DNA from: Halobacteriaceae archaeon | GTDB taxonomy: Archaea > Halobacteriota > Halobacteria > Halobacteriales > Halobacteriaceae | Length of the DNA stretch: 64,000 nucleotides | Assembly: GCA_042216675.1 (NCBI GenBank) | Contig: JBDGTS010000020.1 | Coordinates: forward strand, 51,557 to 115,556 | Reading direction: 5' to 3' | In this document: piece by piece, positions 18,651 to 27,509 of the stretch | Position numbering within the stretch: position 1 is the first letter of the stretch | Layout: each line of letters opens with the position of its first letter | Notes under the pieces: model-generated | What the model saw: only the letters and a program-made list of their open reading frames with translations | Told to the model about the DNA's origin: nothing | The model's database searches: none | Program-made: the position numbers and the translations under genes

Positions 18651-19687
18651 CAGGACTCACCCGGCGGGTCGAGGGGCACACAGATGTTGTACGTGTCCGT
18701 CGGCCACGAGGCGTGCGAGGGCAGGTCCGCGGGCGTCTCCGCCTCCGCTTTGTCCTCCGCGCTGTGTTCGTGGACCGCGAGGTAGAGGTGGGTCGCCTCG
18801 CCGTCCTCGACGAGGACCTGCGCGCGTTCGACGTTGGCGAACGTGTCCGCGGTGCCGTCGTCCCACTCGACGACGAGTTCCCGGTCACCCGTCGTCCGTT
18901 GGGGATAGGCCTCCGGCGGGTCGGAGACGGTCCACTCGACGCCCTCGGAGGAGGTGGCGTGGAAGCCCGCGTAACTGTCGACGAAGCCCGCGTCCTCGTG
19001 GTGGTGGTGCATGTCCTTCGCGACGAGTTCGTACTGCTCCGTGGCCTCGGAGTACCAGACGGCGTGGTCTTCGAGGGGGGAGAGGACGTGCTTGCCGACG
19101 CGTTCGTACTGCTCGTCCCAGTGGTCGGCCTCGTAGACGCTCATCTCGAAGTCGCCGTCGCGGACGTAGAGGAGGACCCGGCCGTCGTCGTGGACGACGG
19201 GCACGGCGTTCGTCTCGCCGGGGACGACGGGGCCGTGTTTCTCCCACGGGCCGGCGGGGTGGTCGGCAGTGGCGAGGCCGACGGCCTTCCCCGTTCGCTC
19301 GACGCCGTGGGGGTCCTCGGGCGTCGGACGCGGTCCCTCGTAACTGCACCCGTAGTAGTAGAGCAGGTAGGTGCCGTCGTGTTCGGCGACGGACGGATTG
19401 TGGGACATCCGGTCCCAGTCGCCCTCCTCGCCGGGCGGGATGACTTCCTCCGCGAACTCGAAGGGACCCTCGGGCGTGGGCGCCGTCGCCCGCACGACGT
19501 GGGAGTTCGAGGTCCACCCCGGCGAGAAGGTGACGCCCTTCGACCACCGCGAGGCGAACATGTGATAGTCGCCGTCGGGGCCGGGCACCACCGAGGCGCC
19601 CCAGATCCAGTAGTCGTCCATGCGAAAGCCGCCGTCCGTCGGTGCGGGTCGCAGGCGCTCGCGGAACCCGCCCGCTGTCGGTGCCAT
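18650..19687 (-). CDS. Five-bladed beta-propeller glycoside hydrolase-like protein (GH43/GH117 superfamily-like)
   Basis: GGFRMDDYWIWGASV...YHMFASRW, HNP, EDHAVW and ERAQV motifs, with no signal peptide. Start re-called at ATG 19687 (alternative 19699). Confidence 0.75.
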   Translation of the reverse strand: MAPTAGGFRERLRPAPTDGGFRMDDYWIWGASVVPGPDGDYHMFASRWSKGVTFSPGWTSNSHVVRATAPTPEGPFEFAEEVIPPGEEGDWDRMSHNPSVAEHDGTYLLYYYGCSYEGPRPTPEDPHGVERTGKAVGLATADHPAGPWEKHGPVVPGETNAVPVVHDDGRVLLYVRDGDFEMSVYEADHWDEQYERVGKHVLSPLEDHAVWYSEATEQYELVAKDMHHHHEDAGFVDSYAGFHATSSEGVEWTVSDPPEAYPQRTTGDRELVVEWDDGTADTFANVERAQVLVEDGEATHLYLAVHEHSAEDKAEAETPADLPSHASWPTDTYNICVPLDPPGES

Positions 19688-19766
19688 GCCCGCCCCCATC
19701 AGGCGGGCCCACATAAGCGTTGTGCGGCGACAAACCGTTTCAGTCGCGCGCCCCACCCCCGAGGCG

Positions 19767-20006
19767 ATGACTGGACCGCACCCATCGAAACACGAACTCG
19801 AAGACGCCCGCGTCTACGTCCACGTCGCGGGCGAGGACAGTGCCGGGGCGACGGTGACCCACGTCGACGTGGAGCATCCCGCCCTCGACGACATCATCGA
19901 ACCGGACGAGAGCACGTTCGTCGGCGGCAAGGACGGCGGCGTGTTCATCGGCCTCGAAGACGAGATGATAGACCGCGCGGAGGCGTACGTCGAATCGCAG
20001 GAGTGA
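19767..20006 (+). CDS. Small acidic hypothetical protein (79 aa)
   Basis: ATG 19767, haloarchaeal codon bias and acidic composition. Divergent from the GH-like gene. Confidence 0.65.
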   Translation: MTGPHPSKHELEDARVYVHVAGEDSAGATVTHVDVEHPALDDIIEPDESTFVGGKDGGVFIGLEDEMIDRAEAYVESQE

Positions 20007-20037
20007 GAGCGACGCGGAGGCCACAAGAACTAACCGA

Positions 20038-21300
20038 GTGGTTGGAAAGCCGACGTGTACGCCCCGCCTCAGCAGGCGCGCCCTCCTCGGCGCCGGCGCC
20101 GCCGGCGTCACCGCCACGACGGCCGGATGTCTCGGCGGCGGGTCCGCGTCCTTCGACGCGTGGACGCCGCCGCCGGAGACGTGGCCGCTGGCGCGCTACG
20201 ACCCCCGGAACAGGAACCACAATCCGAACGCCGCGCCGCCCCGCGACGGCGTCGAGACGGCGTGGGAAAGCCAGACCGACGTGGACGTGTGGACGCTCGT
20301 GGTCGCGAACGGCCGCGTCGTCGCCGCCGGCGACGAGGGTCTCGCCGTCCTCGACGACGACCGGGGCACCATCGACGAGCGCGACCCCGTGCCCGCGCAG
20401 GCGGCCGGCTTCGGCCCGCGCGACGAGTACGGCCGCCGACCGCTGTACGCGGCGACGGTCCTCGGCTACCGTGTCGACACCGCCATCGCCGCCCTCCGGG
20501 ACCGGCGCTACGGCGGTGCGGGCGGGTCGACGACGTTCTGGCGGACGTACGAGACGGCGGGCGGCGAGGCCATCCACCTCGTGACGGGCGCCGACGGCGT
20601 GTACGTCGGCCACATGGGCGGCCCCCTCGTCGCCGCCGCGGCCGACGACGGGAGCGAGCGCTGGCGGAAACGGGGCGCCGTGCCGGCGCTGACGGACGGA
20701 CGCCTCCTCGCCGGGGAGTACAGCGCGCTCCGCGCATACGAGCCACGCTCGGGCCTCGACGCGCGCCTCACCGGCGGGCCGGCGGAGACGTGGAGGCAGC
20801 GGGGTGGGCACGAAGCGCCCGTCATCTCGGACGGGCGGGTGTTTGCCGGCCGTCGAGCCGGCATGGGGTCGGAAGAGCCCTCGCTCTTCGGCCACGACGC
20901 CGCCACCGGCGAGCGACTGTGGGAGCCCCGCTCGCTCGGCACCAGCGCCAGTTCGCCGGCCGTCGTCGGCGACACGGGCTACGTCGGCGTGTCGCGGGAG
21001 AACGACGACGGCATCACCCAAAGCGGAGCGCTCGTCGCTCTCGACCTCACCGACGGCACGACGCGGTGGCGCCGCGACTGGAGCGCAGGCGTCGGCGACC
21101 CCGTGGCCGGCGGCAACGGCGTCGTCGTCGCGCAGGGCGGGCAACCCGACACCGAGGCGGACCGCCTGCGCGCGTACGACGCCGAGAGCGGCGAACCGCT
21201 GTGGACCCACGACGCGCCCGACCCGATTGACGCCGTGGCGCTGGTGCAGTCGACGGTGTTCGTCGGGTCCCGCGACGGGCGCGTGGCGGCGCTCCGCTGA
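20038..21300 (+). CDS. Tat lipoprotein with PQQ-like (BamB-type) beta-propeller repeats
   Basis: SRRALLG...AGC lipobox, WPLARYDPRN and repeated AxDxxxGxxxW docking motifs. Confidence 0.82.
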   Translation: MVGKPTCTPRLSRRALLGAGAAGVTATTAGCLGGGSASFDAWTPPPETWPLARYDPRNRNHNPNAAPPRDGVETAWESQTDVDVWTLVVANGRVVAAGDEGLAVLDDDRGTIDERDPVPAQAAGFGPRDEYGRRPLYAATVLGYRVDTAIAALRDRRYGGAGGSTTFWRTYETAGGEAIHLVTGADGVYVGHMGGPLVAAAADDGSERWRKRGAVPALTDGRLLAGEYSALRAYEPRSGLDARLTGGPAETWRQRGGHEAPVISDGRVFAGRRAGMGSEEPSLFGHDAATGERLWEPRSLGTSASSPAVVGDTGYVGVSRENDDGITQSGALVALDLTDGTTRWRRDWSAGVGDPVAGGNGVVVAQGGQPDTEADRLRAYDAESGEPLWTHDAPDPIDAVALVQSTVFVGSRDGRVAALR

Positions 21301-21359
21301 GAACCGGATGATTTCGCAGGGAAGGGAGGGTAGTAGGCCCTGCGTCGGAACCGGAGACC

Positions 21360-22598
21360 ATGAGCGACCCCGTGGCACTCGGCACCGTGGACGTGAGCGC
21401 GGCCGGCGGGCGCCCGAAGATGCGCCTCGGCGACCTGACGGGCGACGGCCGCATCGACCTCCTGTTCGCGCAGGGCGACGACATCGACGCCACGCGCACG
21501 CCCCACGAGGTGACCTCGCTGACCGCCATCGACCTCGACGGCGAGGTGCGGTGGCAGGTGGGCGACGTGACCGCGGCCGGCGGCAGTCACGGCGCGGACT
21601 ACCCCGTCCAGATCTGGGACGCCGACGGCGACGGCGCGAACGAAGTCTGTTGCGTGATGGACGACCGGTTCGTCGTCGTGGACGGCGCGAGCGGCGTCAT
21701 CCAGCGGACCCACGACCTGCCGCACCCCGACGCACACGACTGCATCGTCCCCGCGAACCTCACCGGCGGCGAGGGGCGCCAGGACGTGATTCTGAAGGAC
21801 CGGTACGACAAACTGTGGGCTCTCGACGCCGACTTCGAACTGCTGTGGACCCACGAGGGGAACACCGGCCACTACCCGTGGCCCCACGACTTCGACGGCG
21901 ACGGCCGCGAGGAGGTGATGGCGGGCTACGACTTCCTCGACTCCGACGGCACCGTGGAGTGGTCCGCCGACATCACCGAGGCCCACGCCGACTGCATCTG
22001 GATTGCCGACGTGGACGCGGACGGCGACCCCGAGATTCTCATCGGCGAGGGCGGCCTCTACGCCTACGACCCGTCGGGCGAGGAACTGTGGCGCAACACG
22101 TCGCCCCGTGAGGTCCAACACATCGCGCCCGGCGACTTCCGGAGTGAGTCGGGGCTTCAGGTCGCGGGCCTCGACCGCATCGTCCGTGGGTCCGGCCGCG
22201 GCGGCGGACAGGACGGCATCTTCGTCGTGGACGACGCGGGCGAACTGCTCGTCGAGGAGGACCGCGACCCCGGCGGGTGGCTCACCATCCTCGAACCGAT
22301 GCCGAACTGGGACGGCCGCGACCGGGACCTGATTCTCGGATGGCGCCGCGGCGGGGACACGAATCCGACGCTGTACGACGGGCATCTGAACCCCGTCGTC
22401 ACGTTCCCCGTCGACGGCGACCTCGCGCACGCGGACCTCTGTGACACGGGACGAGAGCAAGTGGTGATTCGCGACGGCGACACAGTGCATCTGTTCGGCG
22501 ACGAGGACGTGACGCTCGCACCGGCCCCGGACGCCGACCCGCGCCCGCAGCCGAAACGGCTGGCGACGGCGACGCTGTATCCGGGCGGGGAGCGGTGA
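21360..22598 (+). CDS. FG-GAP/Ca-binding beta-propeller protein, rhamnogalacturonan lyase (PL11)-like
   Basis: Repeated DxDGDGxxE loops (DLTGDGRID, DADGDGANE, DFDGDGREE, DVDADGDPE), GHYP and HAD His motifs, and no signal peptide. Confidence 0.6.
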   Translation: MSDPVALGTVDVSAAGGRPKMRLGDLTGDGRIDLLFAQGDDIDATRTPHEVTSLTAIDLDGEVRWQVGDVTAAGGSHGADYPVQIWDADGDGANEVCCVMDDRFVVVDGASGVIQRTHDLPHPDAHDCIVPANLTGGEGRQDVILKDRYDKLWALDADFELLWTHEGNTGHYPWPHDFDGDGREEVMAGYDFLDSDGTVEWSADITEAHADCIWIADVDADGDPEILIGEGGLYAYDPSGEELWRNTSPREVQHIAPGDFRSESGLQVAGLDRIVRGSGRGGGQDGIFVVDDAGELLVEEDRDPGGWLTILEPMPNWDGRDRDLILGWRRGGDTNPTLYDGHLNPVVTFPVDGDLAHADLCDTGREQVVIRDGDTVHLFGDEDVTLAPAPDADPRPQPKRLATATLYPGGER

Positions 22599-22631
22599 AA
22601 AATCGCCCAGCGAAAGACGCCGCGCGAGCGC

Positions 22632-24683
22632 TCACTCCATCTTCGGTTCGAACGCGCCGAAGTGGTGTCGGGACTGCGGATAGCCGGGGTTGCCCGTCGC
22701 GCCCATGATCTTCAGGCCGTACGTCTCGCTCCGCGAGACGGCGTTCCAGAGGTCAGCGTTGTACATCTGACCCACGGGACGGCGGTCCTTCGGTTTCGGC
22801 GAGTATTCGCCGTTACCGTACACCAGCGACGGGACCGTCTGGTTGAAGATCCACGCGAGTCGGCGGGTGATTGCCTCGTGGTCGTTGCCCGACTGGTTCA
22901 GTTTCTGAATCATCGGCACGACGTCGACGGTTTCGGTCGAGCTGTCCGGGTTGCCGATTTCCGATGGGACCTCCCACTGGTCGGGGTGATTGACCTTCTT
23001 CGTCGCCGACCCACCCCACGGGTAGTCCTGCCCGAGGAAGCCAAAGCCCTGCTGGAACTCCGAACCAGGCCAGCCCATGCCGCCCTCGTCGAAGTCGTAG
23101 AACAGGTCGTAGTCGCCGCTCCGGAGCGTCTTGCTGACCAGCGTCGATTCGATGGCGGTGAATTCCGTCTTGATACCGAAACTCTCCAGTCTGTCCTTGA
23201 ACGCCCGGGACACCTCGACGGGGATTTCGCTGGACTGCTTGAGCGTGATGATGAAGCGGTCGCCGTTCTCCATCTGCCAGTTGCCCCCGCTTTTCGAGAG
23301 GCCCGCCTCCTGGAGGAGGGTCGTGGCGCGGTCCTGGGCCGACGACTGGACGGTGTACCCCGACCAGTTGTTCTTCACCGCACCCGTATCGAGGCGCTTG
23401 ATGACGCTCCCCCACGAGAGCCCCGTCGGTGCCGGGACCGGGACCGGACTCTGCTGGGACGTCTCCTGCGTGTTCTGATAGCCGATGGTGGACAGTTGCA
23501 TCTGGTTCATCAGGTGCAACAGTGCCTTCCGAACCTTCGTCTTCGCGAGGGCCGGGTGGTTGAAGTTGACGTGGAAGCCGACCTCGGTGTTGGCCGCGTA
23601 CACGCGTCCCGTGCGCGGCGGCTTCTTCCACCCCTGGTTCTTCAGGTCACGACCCTGTGCTGCGCTGCTGAGGCGCACGTAGTCGAGGTCACCGCCCAGT
23701 GCGGCCTGTCCCGCGACGCTTTGCTCGGAGTAGAAGGTGAGTTCCGCGGTCATACCCTCATCGACCCACTTCTGATGTTCCTCCTTGCCGACGCGGGTCC
23801 CGCTCTCGACGTCGGGCCAGTTGACGGCCACGAGGCCGTTCCACTCCTCCCACGGTTCGTACACGACGGTCTGGCCGCTTATCTCCTTGATTTTGAACGG
23901 CCCGTAGCCGATGGTCTCCTCGAACGGCCGAGTGACGCTCCTGATTTCCTGCGTGATGGACTCCATCTCACTCTTGCTGGCAGCGTCCTCGTAGCGCTGT
24001 CGCCAGTCGGACCACTCGTCGTGTTTGACCCACATCGGCCCGTTGCTGATGGTACAACAGGAGTGATGGAGGTTCGCCCCGTACATCGTGTTCCACCACG
24101 GGTCGTGTGGCGTCGATGGATCCCGCATGTCCACCTCGACTGTGGTGTCGTCGATGGCGCGCACGTCGGTGTAGGGGATTGCCTTCTCGCCCCCGGTGCT
24201 CTGGGCCAGATACAGTTTCATCATCCGGCCCGTCTCGTAGTCCTTGGCAGTGTAGGAGTCGCCGTTGTGCCACGTCAGGTCGTCGCGGATTTTGAACGTC
24301 GCGGTGCCGTCCTCGATGGGGTCGGTGTGGCGCGGGTGGCCCTCGAGGATGCCCATCATCGCCCGCTCCGGGTTCAGCATGTCCCAGAGACCGACGCCCG
24401 TGAACATCATCGCCCAGTGGTACAGTCCCATCCCCTGTGCGACGGGGCCAAAGGGGTTGAAGTACAGGTCGTCCGGCGGATTAGCGAAGTAGAAGGCGTT
24501 GAACTTCTTATCCGCGATGCCGCCGGAGCCCCCGGTTTCAGCCGGCGTGCTATCGTCGCCGCCGCCGTTCCCCGAACAGCCTGCGACGCCGGCCACCGAC
24601 CCCGCTCCGACCGTTGCGAGGAGATTACGTCTCGATAGCTCTGAGCGAGACTCGTCCGACGAGTCCGTGCCATGTCCTGGCAT
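22632..24683 (-). CDS. ABC transporter substrate-binding Tat lipoprotein (family 5, Opp/Dpp class, probably oligosaccharide-binding)
   Basis: SRRNLL...AGC lipobox, IRDDLTWHNGD, IGYGPF and KVRKAL motifs. Confidence 0.85.
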   Translation of the reverse strand: MPGHGTDSSDESRSELSRRNLLATVGAGSVAGVAGCSGNGGGDDSTPAETGGSGGIADKKFNAFYFANPPDDLYFNPFGPVAQGMGLYHWAMMFTGVGLWDMLNPERAMMGILEGHPRHTDPIEDGTATFKIRDDLTWHNGDSYTAKDYETGRMMKLYLAQSTGGEKAIPYTDVRAIDDTTVEVDMRDPSTPHDPWWNTMYGANLHHSCCTISNGPMWVKHDEWSDWRQRYEDAASKSEMESITQEIRSVTRPFEETIGYGPFKIKEISGQTVVYEPWEEWNGLVAVNWPDVESGTRVGKEEHQKWVDEGMTAELTFYSEQSVAGQAALGGDLDYVRLSSAAQGRDLKNQGWKKPPRTGRVYAANTEVGFHVNFNHPALAKTKVRKALLHLMNQMQLSTIGYQNTQETSQQSPVPVPAPTGLSWGSVIKRLDTGAVKNNWSGYTVQSSAQDRATTLLQEAGLSKSGGNWQMENGDRFIITLKQSSEIPVEVSRAFKDRLESFGIKTEFTAIESTLVSKTLRSGDYDLFYDFDEGGMGWPGSEFQQGFGFLGQDYPWGGSATKKVNHPDQWEVPSEIGNPDSSTETVDVVPMIQKLNQSGNDHEAITRRLAWIFNQTVPSLVYGNGEYSPKPKDRRPVGQMYNADLWNAVSRSETYGLKIMGATGNPGYPQSRHHFGAFEPKME

Positions 24684-24791
24684 AGCAACTCGTTTATATC
24701 ACCCAGCATTTATACCTTTTCATAATTCGGAATATGTAGCACGGAGCCCGGCCCGACCCCGGTCGGACGGGGAATAGTGCCCGAAGCCGAC

Positions 24792-27008
24792 CTATTCGGA
24801 ATCCACGACTTCGCTGGACTCCGACTTCTCGCCCGCCGTCTTCGCGTGTCGGGCGCGGATGCGCGGGTTGTAGAGGCGGTCCGTGCCCTGACTGAACAAC
24901 AGGAGCCCCAGCGACAGCGTCGTGATCGCGAAGAGCGGAATCGCGATGAGGTAGAACCGGTCGGGGCTGGTGAGCGCACCCGAGTCACGCGCGTTGTCCA
25001 TCCAGACGCCCCAGTTGAGGGAGTTGTACGGCAGGATGCCGAGGAAGTACAGCCCCGCGGAGACGAACACGATGTTGCGCGCGGCCCGCATCGTGTTCAT
25101 CGTGATGAGGGGCATCAGATTCATCAGAATCTTCTTCGAGAAGATAGTCGAAGAGGAGAGCCCCATCGTGCGGGCCGCCTCGACGTACGACTTCTCGCGG
25201 ATGGTCAGCACCTCCGAGCGCAACTGTCGAGCGAGACTGGGCCAGTCGTCGATGGCGAGGATGATGCCGACGATTGCCGGACTGCTCGGCTCGAAGATGG
25301 CCGCGATGACCACGAGCAGGGGGATGCCCGGAATGTTGATCATGATGTCCGTGAGCGTCGTGAGGAGCCAGTCGATGGTCCCGCCGAAGTAGCCCGAGCC
25401 GATGCCCACGGCCGCACCCACGAGCGACGCGAAGAGGGCACCCGCGAACATCATCTTCAGCATCGGCGTCGTGGAGTACACGAGGCGCGAGACGAGGTCG
25501 GTCCCGATCTTGTCCGTCCCGAGCGGGTGGGCGAGCGACTGGAAGGGGCCCATGCTGAAGTTCTCCGGACTCGCCTGCAACGCGCTCGGCTTGGCGACGA
25601 TTTCCGGGGCGACGAAGCCGAGGAAGACGTAGAACAAAACGATGAGCAAGCCGACGCGGGCCCGCGGCGCGGACCAGAGGATGCGCATCGGCGTGAGCAC
25701 GCGGCGATCGAGCGTCCTGTACCCCGGTTGCAGGTACCGTCGGTCGAGCGACTCGTAGGCCACCTCCAGTCGCTCACGGAGCCCCTCCGGTGCCGTCGCG
25801 GTTCCGGGGGCCCCGGCCGAGTCGCCGTTACTGACCGGTCGGCCGCCGTTGCTGGCAGCGGTGCCACCGACCGCCGCCCCCTCGACGCGGTCGAATCCCG
25901 ACAGATCGACGGGGTCGAGGCGCATCGAGTCGGCGTCCGAGCCACGGACCAGCCGCCTCACTTTCCGAACGGCCCCCTGTGCGAGTCGCGCGAGGTTCGT
26001 GCCGTAGGACGCCGACTCGCGGTTGCTGACCCGGGGGTCGATCCAGCCGTACGTGAGGTCGGCGATGAGGAGTGCGATGACGGTGACGACGGTGAAGATG
26101 ATCAGCCCGCCCAGCATGAGCGGGTAGTCCCGGGTCTGGATGGCCTTCCACATGTAGTAGCCCATCCCGGGGTACGTGAAGATGTTCTCCATGATGATGG
26201 ACCCGCCGAAGACGGCGGCCATGCCGGCCATGATGCCCGTGTACATCGGAAGCAGCGAGTTCCACGCGACGTAGCGGACCATGATGCGGGACTCGCGGAG
26301 GCCACGCAGTCGGCCCACCCGGATGTAGTCTTCACCGAGGATTCGGGTGCAGTGCGCGCGGAAACTCAGCCCGCCCCACGCGGTGACGGCAAAGGAGAGA
26401 ATCGGGAGGGAGGCGTAGTAGAGGACGCCCTTCATGAACGGGAGGTTGAACCCGGGCGTCGTGCCGGGCTGCATCTGCCCGCGGGTCGGGAACCAGCCGA
26501 GGACGAACCCGAAGACGAACAGGAGCAACAGCGCCACGACGTAGTAGGGCACCGAGTCGCTGAACATCACGAAGTAACTGCCGAACACGTCCCACTTCGA
26601 GCCCTCTTTGGTGGCGAGGAAGGAGCCGATGAGCAGGAACATGATGGTCCCGATGCTGATGGCGACGAGCGAGATGAAGATAGTCCACGGGAGCGCGTCG
26701 AGGATGATGTCGCTGACCGGGCGATTGAAGGTGACGGAGCGCCCGAAGTCGAAGTGAAGAACCACACTCGACAGGTAGTTGAGATACTGTTCATGGAGGG
26801 GTGCGTCCGGTTTGAGCTGGAGATATGTCTGGACGATGCGGTTGATCTGGGTCTGACTTAACTGCGACACGCCCGCCAGTCGCGCGGCCATGTATGCCGC
26901 TGGACTACCCGGCATCTTGTGGACGATGACGAACGAGAGCGTGATCGCCCCCCAGATGGTGATACCCGCCTGCAGCAGTCGCTTCCCCAAGTAGCCCGCA
27001 GTTACCAT
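24792..27008 (-). CDS. Fused DppB-DppC ABC permease
   Basis: N-half: MPGSP, DFGRS, EDYIRVGRLRG, ENIFTYPGMG and RDYPL. C-half: HPLGTD and YVEAARTMG. The halves are joined by an ~80-aa linker with no stop codon. Start re-called at ATG 27008. Confidence 0.9.
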   Translation of the reverse strand: MVTAGYLGKRLLQAGITIWGAITLSFVIVHKMPGSPAAYMAARLAGVSQLSQTQINRIVQTYLQLKPDAPLHEQYLNYLSSVVLHFDFGRSVTFNRPVSDIILDALPWTIFISLVAISIGTIMFLLIGSFLATKEGSKWDVFGSYFVMFSDSVPYYVVALLLLFVFGFVLGWFPTRGQMQPGTTPGFNLPFMKGVLYYASLPILSFAVTAWGGLSFRAHCTRILGEDYIRVGRLRGLRESRIMVRYVAWNSLLPMYTGIMAGMAAVFGGSIIMENIFTYPGMGYYMWKAIQTRDYPLMLGGLIIFTVVTVIALLIADLTYGWIDPRVSNRESASYGTNLARLAQGAVRKVRRLVRGSDADSMRLDPVDLSGFDRVEGAAVGGTAASNGGRPVSNGDSAGAPGTATAPEGLRERLEVAYESLDRRYLQPGYRTLDRRVLTPMRILWSAPRARVGLLIVLFYVFLGFVAPEIVAKPSALQASPENFSMGPFQSLAHPLGTDKIGTDLVSRLVYSTTPMLKMMFAGALFASLVGAAVGIGSGYFGGTIDWLLTTLTDIMINIPGIPLLVVIAAIFEPSSPAIVGIILAIDDWPSLARQLRSEVLTIREKSYVEAARTMGLSSSTIFSKKILMNLMPLITMNTMRAARNIVFVSAGLYFLGILPYNSLNWGVWMDNARDSGALTSPDRFYLIAIPLFAITTLSLGLLLFSQGTDRLYNPRIRARHAKTAGEKSESSEVVDSE

Positions 27009-27103
27009 GGGGGGAGGTAACACAGGTCATTCTTAAGTATTTTTCTTAGAGGACTGTAACCAGCGTCGCGGAGCGATCTGCGGTGTGTGAACTCGGCACA
27101 ACC

Positions 27104-27111
27104 TATAAATA
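27104..27111 (+). promoter_or_regulatory. TATA box for a probable leaderless transcript of the 34-aa ORF
   Basis: TATAAATA lies 30 nt upstream of ATG 27134. Confidence 0.55.
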
Positions 27112-27133
27112 GTACATAAGCAAACGTGTCCCC

Positions 27134-27238
27134 ATGAAAGTCGAGAAGGAAGGGAGTACCCTGAAGTACCTGCTGTATCTGGGCATAGCACTGCTGGGCG
27201 TCTTCATCGTGTACTGGACCTATGTCACGCTGGTTTGA
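27134..27238 (+). CDS. Small single-TM protein, 34 aa (MKVEKEGSTLKYLLYLGIALLGVFIVYWTYVTLV); absent from the ORF track
   Basis: ATG...TGA read directly from the sequence, one clean hydrophobic helix after a charged N-terminus, and a TATA box at leaderless spacing. Confidence 0.6.
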   Translation: MKVEKEGSTLKYLLYLGIALLGVFIVYWTYVTLV

Positions 27239-27272
27239 CCGGGCTCGCGGCGACAGTGGAGGTGGCTGACGG

Positions 27273-27509
27273 ATGGACACGAGAACGCGTGATCGGCTCC
27301 TCGGGTCCATCTCCCTGAAGGTAGCCGTCGCGGGCGTCGTGTTGATCGGCGCGGGGGCGGGTATCGACGTCGTCCTCAGGCCGCTTCTCGACGCGGGGCG
27401 ACAGGCCGGCGTCTGGGCTGGCGTCGTCGGCCTCGTCGGCCTCTACGTCACCCTCCTGTCTCTGGTCGTCCTCGGGGTGCTGGAGTTCCTCCGGTACATG
27501 GGCTACTAG
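27273..27509 (+). CDS. Small two-TM membrane protein (78 aa)
   Basis: Two hydrophobic helices and a GGAGGTG SD-like motif upstream. Confidence 0.65.
   Translation: MDTRTRDRLLGSISLKVAVAGVVLIGAGAGIDVVLRPLLDAGRQAGVWAGVVGLVGLYVTLLSLVVLGVLEFLRYMGY

Noticed and set aside
18999-19010. HHHH run in the GH43-like protein as a special metal site
   Set aside because: It is short, lies in a probable loop, and there is no evidence of conservation from the sequence alone.
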